A DNA stretch of 64,000 nucleotides. Origin: Mytilus trossulus. Lineage: Eukaryota. This document shows positions 51,596 to 62,103 of this stretch, in pieces (position 1 is the stretch's first letter; each line of letters starts with the position of its first letter). Location: positions 50,220,001 to 50,284,000 of the forward strand of contig NC_086380.1 in NCBI RefSeq assembly GCF_036588685.1, written 5' to 3'. The notes beneath the pieces were generated by a model, which saw only the letters and a program-made list of their open reading frames with translations, ran no database searches and was not told the DNA's origin. The position numbers and the translations under genes were made by a program.

Positions 51596-54247
51596 ACTGC
51601 AAACTGTTGACTATTTTAGCAAATATAACACTTCATACCTTATTTTTTTCCGCTGGATCTATGGTTGTTCTTTCTAATAACAGTTTGAATAATTCTGTAT
51701 TTCCTCTTTGAACAGCTAAATGTAAAAGAGTGTCACCGTCCTGAAACAGAAAAGTTGAATAATTCACAGTACTGACATGTATCTTACAATGTTCGCATAG
51801 AAGTCACTCCTTTGATAACTCTGCAACTTGATACAATCTAAGTTTATTATACACGCACACTTATGAATACAAGTTTTACACCAGCAATTGTAGATTCATA
51901 AGTCGACCTGAAACCGACAACACAATTGAAAAGAGAATAAAACGACAAAAAGACAGACAACTACCTACGACAAACTACAAAGAGAACAGAAAAAATAAAC
52001 AACACGAACCTCAAAAACTTTCTATTTGCAACATTAAATAACATTTTGAAAAAAAAAACAATATGAAATGAACGAAAGGCTATTTATTATGAATGCATAT
52101 ACACATTTATGTTAAACTGTTTGCAAACGAATAAAAAAGACACGCTGTATTTTTTGACAAAACATACATCTTGAATAGAAATTTTGGTAAACAAAATGTT
52201 GGGTTCAAAATACCAACACATTTACTATGGCATAAGATTTTTTCTGATTTTTGATATTTATAAACATTGCAATGTTTGGATTCTCTTCTGTACTCCTTAT
52301 TTTTTTACTTATCAGGTTATTTATATTTGTCATGGCAGATACAAAGGAAAAGAAAGCAACTAAGCTACATCATGTACAAGATTGTCAAAATAAAAAATAA
52401 ATGGCATATGAAAAATATATAGAGGATATGTCGATATCAATACGTTAACAATCTTTTGATTTGTCTGCATATCTTCTGTTTTTCCTTGACAACCTTATGT
52501 ATATTGGGAAGGTTGGAAAAAAAAGTACCGGGAACATTATCTGTACATCAGATATGATATTTCTCATGAATGTATAACTTATAATAATTTACTTCAAGCT
52601 TAAACTTATGAATGTACGCACAGAAGTTATCTTTTAATTTTGATAATGAATTGAACATCATACATAAATCTTTACTGCTGAAATTTCAAATAACCTCAGT
52701 TGCTACATACGGTTAATAATCAATGTTTGTAATACATGAGCATCAGGAATATTTGAGATAAAAATCTTTTTACAGACATTGACACATGATGTCTTGAGAA
52801 ATACCAAAACTTAAGAAAATCTGAAACCAAAGGTTTGGAGAATATTTGAAAGTCTTTCTCATAATTTGATAGGAAAATATTCACTTTTGGTTTAATATGA
52901 TAATTCAGATAATAAAAAAAAAGTGCTGTTTTCCAAATAAAAATGATTTATTTTTCCTTCGGATGAAATAAAGGTAGAAAGGTACTCCTTGTTTACAGAA
53001 TGTCACTTCTGGTTTCATTTGAATCTGATTACACAATGACTCCGACAAATAATTCAAAGTGCTTAAACATAAAAAAAAATAAAAAATTGTTACTTTCGGT
53101 TTATTAAAGTTATTTTCTTGTTGACTTTCTCCAAGGTCATATTTCTGCAACCTGATGTAAAAGACCCTATGACTTTATAATGTACCAAACAGTAACAAAA
53201 ATACCAAACTCATAGAAATTTCAAAGCGGAAAGTCCAAAAGTTCAACCACACCAAACTCTGTAATAAGAAGTTACAGCGAATGTGTAAATCTAAAAAGTC
53301 AAACTAAACTTTGACCTTGACTTCAATTTCCAGGTTATATGACAATGACTATAAATTAAATCAAGACACCCTTGCTCCTATATATTGTTAATGAGTTATA
53401 TCACCATACTCGTAATGTTTAACCTAAGGGAGGACTAAACTCTCATATGGAGTCTCCGGACAGCTTCAGTCCAATGATATTCCTAATCCTAAATATATAA
53501 CGAGCAATTTGGTAACCCAAATTTGTCTTTTACGGCTTCGAAGGAGTAGTAGACACAAGAAAAACAGTGTTTGGGGAGATAACTCTTACAAACAAAATTG
53601 CTCGGTTAAACATTGACATTTTAAAAAGCGCATAAACTGTTCGATATCATATAAGAAAAATAAAATAACAATCAGAACAAAAGCAATAGGACTTTCTATG
53701 GAAAAGTAGAAATATCTAATAATCAGAACAAAAGCAAAAGGTCTTTCCACGGAATAGTTCAAATACGGTAACTATGTTAATCGTACCCAACTTATTAAAA
53801 TTTCAACAGAGAAACCCATGGATCTGGTTATGTATGGTACATGTTTAGACTTTCGACTAGCAGACTATCTTCTATTAAGATTGTTATCATCAGAATCACG
53901 ATTCAAAACTTAAATTCTACTAATTAGCTTTCATTCGAAATATTAAACATCGAGTGTACCAATGTTTTTATATCCAATTGTTTTCCATTTAACCACTTAC
54001 AACAACTATATATCGCTTCTTGAAACAAACAAATACAAGAGTCTATTTTATTTGCACAGTTTTTAGAACAAACGTCTCACCAGATGTCAAAATGAATTGA
54101 TGAAATGCAAATGACTGAATATGTGGTTCAGACATAACAAACGGGTTTACAACCTTATACCTATTTCTATTTAAATGTGTAGTTGTTTCCATATATAATG
54201 CACTATTTTGCCCTAAGAAAACTATCACAGGGGTAAGAAACTAATTT
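51596..54247. repeat. Further partial copy of the first 2.6 kb of the 6.5-kb unit
   Basis: Collinear with 38620-41272; ORF 54043-54228 matches 41067-41252; diverges after 54247. Confidence 0.9.
51639..51740 (-). CDS. ANK-Roc gene, ankyrin exon 5, variant A (DGDTLLHLAVQRGNTELFKLLLERTTIDPAEKNK)
   Basis: 102 nt, TTTCAG acceptor, GTATGA donor, phase 0/0. Confidence 0.9.
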
Positions 54248-55099
54248 AAATTCTCAAACCCAACAATTTTTTTCTAATAAGATACCGTTAAATCCAAAGA
54301 TTACATTTCGTAACGAATTAAGGAGTCACCATGTTGACTTGCTGAAATCAGTAAATATGCGAATAATACAATAGAAAATAAAATAAGATAAAACAACCCC
54401 AAACTAAAAAAATCATTTTCATGTAATATTAAACGAATTTCGATGGTTCACGTCACGGAAAACCATTCAGATTTAGCGTTTTCTTTTGTATGCCGTCATG
54501 TTTGGAATGAATAAATACACCCAATGCATGAATAGACTTTTGCGGAATTTTATTTTATTTCGATTTTGTAGATTTTTCCGAGCTCTTGTGCATTATTTTT
54601 TTTTGTTATGCAACCGAATAAGAATAAAAGTGATGTATTCTTTTTTTCAATTGCAATTTTTAAAACAATAAAATCGGCATAACTCTTCGGATAGGTTCCG
54701 ATACATGTGGAGTTACATGGAAGGTAAATTGTAACAACCATAATTATATATATTTCTGAGTCTGCGCTACGTATAGATATATTGATAATCTTATCACGGT
54801 GCTATTTACAAAGCAAAAGAAGCACATCATATAAGAATGACACATAGGTAACGGATAACATACATTTATTATTTTAAACAAAATATTGTATTATATAAGT
54901 GAGGTGTATAAGATATGCTGGTAAATACTTGTTGACATTCAGTTTGATTGATGTTGATTGCAGATAATTCAAACCTGTTTCTTATTTTTAATTCGGCTTT
55001 TTTTTTTTTATATAAAACCAACAATGCTAATCAGCAACTGAGTTTTTGAAAGGGTCCGGCAATGTGTCTGACAATATCTTGTGTGTAAGTGCATTTATT

Positions 55100-56400
55100 T
55101 TTCTGAAATTGTATCACAAGGTTCCATACCAAAAAGGAAGGTTGGGATTGATTTTGGTGGTTAAGGAATTATGTACCAAAAACAATATTTTTATAACCTC
55201 CTTATTTGTTGACCAATTCTAATGGGGTTTAATTTTTGATTGGTTGCGGTTCTTTGATACGCCGAATCTATCCGTGTATTTATTTTTTTAATTTTTGGTC
55301 CCGTTTTCGAATTGGTCTACATTACAGTTCAAATGGTTTAAAATAAACTTAGTTTGATTTACCAAAAAATAAATTCTTTGAGTTCTTTGATATGCTGATT
55401 CTAAACATGTATTTTGATTTTTTAACTCGCCGTAGCGGAGGGGGCAATACGTTTTCCCTTGTCCGTCTGTCCGTCTGTCCGTCTGTACGTCCCAAATGTT
55501 GTTTCAGTTCTATTACGTTAGTTTGCCTCAACCAAATGTTTCGAAACGTATACACGATGCCTATGAATAATAGAGATCAGGTTTGAATTTTGGTGGCGTC
55601 ACTTTTACCGTTATAGAGTAATGCCCGTTTCCAAATGAAAAATTTGCAATTTTTTTTGTTTCCGTGCTTTCCTTAAGTTTGCCTCAACTAAATGTTATGA
55701 AACTGACACACTATACTTAATACTTCAATTTTTAGATCAAGCTTGAATTTTGGTGCCGTCACTTTTATTTTTCTAGAGAAATGCCCTTTTACATGGAAAA
55801 ATTGCTAAAAAATTTCAAAAATCAATCAAGTATTTTTTTCACAAATTGGAGTTATCTTTGCTTTGTCCGTGATTATATTTGAATCAACAACAATTAATGC
55901 TAAAAAATTTTAATATTGGAGTTATCTTTCTTTGTCCAGAATTGTAATTGAATCAACTAAAATCAATTCTTTATACCATGCAATATTAAATTTTACTACT
56001 AACGAATAAATAAAAGCAATCTTTACCATTCAGTGCTTACAAGCTCTTACATTACCATTCTAGGGTTATGCCGCTTTACAAACGGAAAAAAATGCTGATT
56101 TTGTTACTTTCTGTTCTCTTTGCCTAAGTTTGTCTCAACTAAATTTAATGAAATGTGTAAATAATGCTTATTACCTCTAAACTTATTTTAATTTGAATTT
56201 CACTTTTACAGTTTATCAGTTATGTCCCGTTAGGCTTTGTAATGCTATAAACTAGCGGGGGAATCATCTGTGTCTATGGACACATTCCCCATTTATTTAT
56301 TATGGGACCAGTTTTCAAGTTGGTCCAAATCGGGGTCTAAAATTAAAATTTGTTTGAATCAAACAAAAATTGAATTAAGGGGGGTTCCTTGATATGTTTT
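55100..56400 (+). mobile_element. Diverged HINE-like element (opposite orientation to 1-1285) with a second HINE nested at about 55419-56297
   Basis: Flanks match the reverse complement of the 1-1285 family; insert has (GTCC/GTCT)n, about 170-bp core repeats and a terminal hairpin, and sits in a T run. Confidence 0.65.
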
Positions 56401-56899
56401 TACCAAAATCTGAGACATTCATGTTTTGATCACTACCTGATCCCTAAACAAAAGAGGGGCGAAAGATACCAAAGGGTCATTCGAACTTATGGATCAAAAA
56501 TAAACAATGCCATGGCCAAATAAGAGAAGGACAAGCAGACAAATAATAGTACAAACTACACAATATATAACAACAAAGACTCAGCAACACAATCTCCACC
56601 AAAAGCTGTGCGTGTTCTTATCTGCTCCAAACGAGTAAGCAGATTGTGCTTCACATGTGGCACCCTAAGTAAACTGACACTTAACAGCAAAGTATAAATG
56701 AACGAACGATTTGTATCTTTTAGCATTTGACTTGTTTTGCTTCATAGCATTTTTTTGACGTTTCAATATTAAAGTATATTGCAAAGTTGTGTACATGTAT
56801 TACTAGCTACATGTACATCATCTGCGAGTTTTGGATTTAATGGTTGTCTGGGCTGTATTAACAAAGAATGCCAACACTGACTAAAACTACATTTCGTAC

Positions 56900-57001
56900 C
56901 TTATTTACTTTGTTTGGATCTATAGCTGTTTGTTCTAATAGCAATTTGACTATGTCGAGATATCCACATTGAACAGATAAGTGTAAGAGAGTACCATCAT
57001 C
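56900..57001 (-). CDS. ANK-Roc gene, ankyrin exon 4 (DDGTLLHLSVQCGYLDIVKLLLEQTAIDPNKVNK)
   Basis: 102 nt, TTTTCAG acceptor, GTACGA donor, phase 0/0. Confidence 0.88.
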
Positions 57002-57709
57002 CTGAAAACAGTTGCAACAATCACAGTAGTATACAAAGGTATAAAAATTACAGACCGTACTTTAACCTATAATGGTTTAATTTTTAAATTGTTATTTGGA
57101 TGGAGAGTTGTCTCATTGGCACTCACACCACATCTTCCTATATCTATTTACATAAGTACATTGATGATTTAAACGTATGCATATAGTGACCATTTGAATA
57201 AATTACAATTTCTCTGAGACTGTTAAGTTGCATTACGTTCATTGCATGTGTAAATAAAACAGAGTCATGTCGATTTGTATTTTTAGGCCTTGTTTTTGTG
57301 AGCAGCCATATGCAAAACAAATCTCACGTCATCAAAATTAAATGTTTAAATGATCATAGTTCCCACCCAAAAACGTCAAAATTAAAGATTTCCTAAGATC
57401 AATTGTCGTTAGCCAAAAATAGATTAACGGGTGATCACATATAGAGTAATGTAGATACGATTTTAAAATAAACCCAATTCGTATTTAAAGATTAGGTGTT
57501 ATAGGTAAAGCTATATATGCAGTGAACCGTCCAATATTGCAAGCACAAATTTCCAAATATTTATTTGAAAACCAATTTGATATGCAACATGATGAAAATT
57601 CATTACAAAAAACTAATTAATGTAAAGTTAGTGATAATAAAGAGGCATATTAGATTTGGAATTTCATTACATTTAAACAGTGGTACATGTATAACTGTAT
57701 AATTTAGAA

Positions 57710-58133
57710 AAGAGGGTCGAAAGATACCAGAAGGACAGTCAAACTCATAGATCGATAATAAAAACTAACGATATGCCATTGCTAAAAAATAAAAAAGACA
57801 AAACAGACAAATAATAGAACAACATAGAAAACTAAAGACTAAGCAACACGAACCCAACCAAAACTGGGAGTGATCGCAGGTGCTCCGGAAAGGAAAGTAG
57901 ATCCTGCTCCACATATGGCACCCGTTGTGTTGCACATGTTATTAAAAACCCGGTAAATAGTCTTTTTCGGTAGGTCACATTTGTGAAAAGGGAACGGGAT
58001 GTTAGTTACAACATAAGGAACAGATCCGATATCATTTTTGAAACGGATATTCCATAATGGGCAACAAAGGAATGATTTCAACCACCATTCGGAACTCTTG
58101 GTTAAATAGCTTCCTTGTGAGAATCAACCCTCT
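57710..58133 (-). mobile_element. 3' remnant of a Penelope-like reverse-transcriptase element
   Basis: Frameshifted RGLILTRKLFNQEFRMV peptide resembles the C-terminal RT region of mollusc PLE-type elements (recognition from memory, no search run); related ends at about 19318-19455, 56455-56665 and 60000-60105. Confidence 0.55.
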
Positions 58134-58519
58134 TACATGGAAAGCAGATTCTAATGCAATTAGTTTGTGACGATAATTGTCATTAGACGTTGACAAATAT
58201 TTTGAGGGGTTAGATTCCACGTTCTACCAGTCCGTAACTAAGAAAGCAACCATTTTGCATTTCAATTTTTTTGGGGTATGTTATTCCTCAAAAAAGTTAA
58301 CAAGATAGTCACATTTTAAGCCTCAAAACCTTCTGTGTGTCCATATTTTAACCATTCTGAAGCGTACGAAAAGTAAAAATACGGTCAGTGTTCATGTTTG
58401 ACATCAAGATATACATATGACCAGACGACACATTGTTTAGATGCTAAAGACGATGCAACAGTTTTGCGGACTTTTTCATTTATGCCATTTTTCACCAAAA
58501 TATTTATTAAATTTATTAA

Positions 58520-58730
58520 ATCAAGCTTATGTGTATGACATCTCATTTAAGACACTAAAATGTAATAAGGAAACGCTGTAGTTTGTCAAATCTCACTCTT
58601 TATGAAAAGCATATAATCAGGACAAGCTTTTGTTTATTAAATCTCATTCTAGAGAATAGAAAACAGTAAGGAAAAGCTGTAGTTTATCAGATTTCATTCA
58701 GGATACTCTGGAAAGCTGTAGCTGTAGTGA
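58520..58730. repeat. Degenerate tandem repeat of about 50 bp
   Basis: AGGAAA(C/A)GCTGTAGTTT-TCA-AT-TCA-TC-like unit at about 58568, 58619 and 58668. Confidence 0.55.
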
Positions 58731-58791
58731 GATTATCAAACTGTGGAAATGTTCAAGTGTGTACAGTCCTGGTACGAAAAACATTACATAC

Positions 58792-58893
58792 CTTATTTAC
58801 ACAGTTTACATCTATATCTGTTCTTTCTAATAAAAGTTTGACTGTGTCAACATATCCCCGTTTAACAGCTGAGTGTAAGGGAGAGTCGCCTCT
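58792..58893 (-). CDS. ANK-Roc gene, ankyrin exon 3 (RGDSPLHSAVKRGYVDTVKLLLERTDIDVNCVNK)
   Basis: 102 nt, TTTTCAG acceptor, GTATGT donor, phase 0/0, consensus ankyrin repeat. Confidence 0.93.
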
Positions 58894-59337
58894 CTGAAAA
58901 CAAAAGTGCATTAATCACAGAGATAGTCGAAGGTATAGATATGAACAACTTTTTAGAAAAAAGTGTAATACAAAAATAAGAAATACTAGCCAACAATACG
59001 CGAAATCAACTTATTTGGGTACCGTGTTTGCAGAAAAGTCTCATGATGTTTTCTGAGACATCCTTTTTTACTGTTTTACTTAACTAAAACAAAAGGATGA
59101 ACACTCACGGATCTAAAAAAAAAGACGACAGTAGTATACCGCTGTTCAATAACCATAATTCGATTAAGCAAAGTAAAATAAATCCGAGGAAAACACATCA
59201 ACTATTAGAGGTAAAGAACAGAAAAACAAAGGAACACTGAACTCAACCAAGGGAAACGCCAACAAATATAGAAACGGACGGTTTGATAACAACTACCATA
59301 TTCCTGATTTAGTAAGGAACATTTTAAGAAAAAATGG

Positions 59338-59438
59338 TTGATTTTCTTGATTTGCATCTATAATTCTTATTTCTAATAACATTTGGATTATGTTTAGGTG
59401 TCCATGATAACAGCTGTGTTAAAAGGAGTGTAACCATA
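59338..59438 (-). pseudogene. Dead ankyrin pseudo-exon (YGYTPFNTAVI-[1-nt deletion]-GHLNIIQMLLEIRIIDANQEN)
   Basis: Ankyrin-like translation after restoring one base; acceptor AG lost (TTTAA); donor replaced by adjacent repeat at about 59126-59337. Confidence 0.7.
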
Positions 59439-61181
59439 TTAAAATAAAAAGGTTGTAACATGTGTAATGTTCACACATTTTTTGTAGTAGCATATGGACG
59501 TAGAAAATTATCAACTGTATAAGAATAATTCGATTAAAAAGTTACTATGAAATAACAATACTCGCGATAAACTAATGAATTTAGAGACAATAAACAAACG
59601 CAACTGAAACTACATTTTCAGCAAGTTTATAAATTTGTAAAGAATAGGAAAGTGTTTTCGATTCCAATCTTTATATACAAATGAAATGTGTGTTCAATTG
59701 ACAATCGGAAGTTCAATGAAGTCAAGTTCAACAAAGCCGGTAATATGGATAAACAGCATTGGAAAACCAATTACAATTTAAATATAACTGCAAAAAACAC
59801 TACCAGCCAGAGTTAAATACTTGTGGTTTAGTTTTCAATACTCACAACCACCTACTACCTTGGTTTGCTCACAATACAATTCGTTGGTAAGTGTACATTA
59901 TTTAATCAACTGTAAATGTACAGTGTATTGCGGTACTTATTTTGTAAGTATTTTTGGTGAGGTTATTGTTGCTTTTACTTCAGTTTTCTATGATGTGTCT
60001 TTTATACTAATATTTGTCTGTTTTCCTTTATTTTTTTAACCATGGTGTTTTCAGTTTATTTTAGATTTATGAGTTTTACTGTAGCTCTGGTATATTGTCC
60101 CTCTTTTGTAACAGTTCCAACTCTGAAAGAATTTGTTTTTAACATAAATCGACAACAAAAACGCACCGAGAAGGTTGCCACAGTTATAATATGACTGATG
60201 AACTGCTCAAAAATTGGTACAGTCGTTAATTCATGTTGTAATGCAAAGAAACGTCGAAACAGTAACAAATAAATTATTAAAATGCCGAATATGTTGATAC
60301 ATGTATAATTTGTAACCTTTCAACTATTAGAAAATGCTAACAGTTAAATTATTATATTTTCAATTCCAATCGTTATCAGTTTAAAATTAATGACACCTTA
60401 AGCAACATTAAAGAATTGTTAAAAAACGACACAACCACCTACTACATTTTACATTGGTTTGAAACTGCTTGAAAAAAGCATGCTATATTATGATATATGC
60501 CACTGGACGTTTTTCATTCCGTTGTTAATGTGTTGAGTGATTTTTTTTTTTTTTTTATGTATTTCATTGTTCTCTACCTAACATCTCTTCGGGAGAAACA
60601 AAAAGATTCAGCACTTGATGCACTATTGAACAACAATTTCAAATGGGTGTCATAATTTTCCAGATTTATTCTTAGTATTTATTTCCTTTGTTTTTTCTAA
60701 CATAATTGTTGATTTCAGCTGCTCGCACCTGAAAAACTAGATAAAGTACCCTCAATTTCTGCTTTTTCTGTGTATATATACACGCATATATGCAGAGTAG
60801 TTCATTCAGACAAGTTGTCTTATTTGAATACCTATATAAATGATTGTGTATAGTCGGTTGTTTCGATAATAGATAGTACATCAAATAAAGAAAGTACTTA
60901 TAACGTTCGATTACGATGAACCCTAGGTTGTTTTCGTCGGCAACATAGGGTTATTTAACAGATGGGTATGCATAAAAATTGTAAATGTTAAAACAAATTC
61001 TCGAAAATCTCATAGTTACAAAACTTAAATTTAAGCTGGGAAATCGGAAGTAGTAAGAGAATAGTGGTACAGCTTTAATAAATAAAAAAAACATGTCTGT
61101 GTGTTAATGGTTGTGCAAGATGAATAATAGCAATTCAAACAGTTTAAATTGACACCCATACAAATTAGAAGTACCCCATAC

Positions 61182-61283
61182 CTTATTCTGTTGATTTGGG
61201 TCTATACGTGAGATTTTTAATAGCAATTGGACAATTTCAAGTTGTCCTCTTCTAGCAGCTATGTGTAAAACACTGTCCCCATC
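61182..61283 (-). CDS. ANK-Roc gene, ankyrin exon 2 (DGDSVLHIAARRGQLEIVQLLLKISRIDPNQQNK)
   Basis: Inside ORF 61104-61340; TTTCAG acceptor, GTATGG donor, 102 nt, near-consensus ankyrin repeat. Confidence 0.93.
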
Positions 61284-61748
61284 CTGAAACATAAAGATTG
61301 AATGATATTCAGTATTTACGCAAAAATGTAAACAATACATGAGCCTGCTTGATATTCAGTTTAATACCAACATTATATTACTGGTAGGTTAAAGATACAA
61401 CTAATGTTGTCGGTTTTAACAAACTATGTCATTAAATAAGTAATATGTAAGAGTTATGTTGAAAACTCTTTGTGGAAGTTAAATTTGATGGTTGTTGATG
61501 AGATATTATTCCACCTGACTCGATTTGTCAATTAAATCCGTGTTTGTCTCTATAAAACAACCATTACCAAAAGCAAACGGATTCGAAAAAAAACAGACGA
61601 TTGGAAAGCCGTAGAATAACTTTACTTCTTCCTTTTTCTCTGAGTAGTAAGTTTATTGTAGGATGGGTACATACAATACAATGTAAAAATGTGTTTGATA
61701 GTTTTCTAAGCCGATTGTTCCACAACTGAGAAGTAGTACATTCCATAC

Positions 61749-61850
61749 CTTATATGTTCTTGATGGATCTATAGTTGTTCTTGCTATTAATAATTTGGCT
61801 ATTTCGAATAGTTCTGTTTTTACAGCCAAGTCAAATGGAGTGTTCCCATC
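61749..61850 (-). CDS. ANK-Roc gene, ankyrin exon 1 in window (DGNTPFDLAVKTELFEIAKLLIARTTIDPSRTYK)
   Basis: 102 nt, CTTTAG acceptor and GTATGG donor, phase 0/0, open frame, G-x-T-P ankyrin motif. Confidence 0.85.
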
Positions 61851-61887
61851 CTAAAGTAGAATGTACGAGTATATATAAATAATGTTG

Positions 61888-62103
61888 TAATTAGTTATCA
61901 AAGGTACCAGGATTATAATTTAGTACGCCAGACGCGCGTTTCGTCTACATAAGACTCATCAGTGACGCTCATATCAAAATATTTATAAAGCCAAACAAGT
62001 ACGAAGTTGAGGAGCATTGAGAATCCAAAATTCCAACCAGTAAATTTATAAAAATGACCACATAATTGATATTCATGTCAACACCGAAGTGCTGACTACT
62101 GGG
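61888..62103 (-). mobile_element. Hammerhead-bearing retrozyme/Penelope-derived short repeat
   Basis: Carries the hammerhead; homologous pieces at 3833-3888, 18093-18155, 23770-23870, 32950-33390, 49812-49957. Confidence 0.75.
61925..61968 (-). ncRNA. Intact minimal type I hammerhead ribozyme
   Basis: Minus strand reads GCGUCA CUGAUGA GUCU-UAUGU-AGAC GAAA CGCGCG UC UGGCGU: stem I, full core, stem II, palindromic short stem III, GUC cleavage triplet. Confidence 0.88.

Larger units (their letters stand above)
45998..52630. repeat. Tandem array of about 2-kb exon-containing units
   Basis: AAGTGAATTCAGCCTCAATCACAC at about 46811, 48754 and 50795 (also 37797 and 44325); exon spacings 1944 and 2038 nt. 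Confidence 0.93.

Noticed and set aside
10391-61850. Assigning LRRK1, LRRK2, DAPK1 or MFHAS1 as gene symbol
   Set aside because: No LRR, kinase or death domain is visible and the Roc is atypical; orthology cannot be supported
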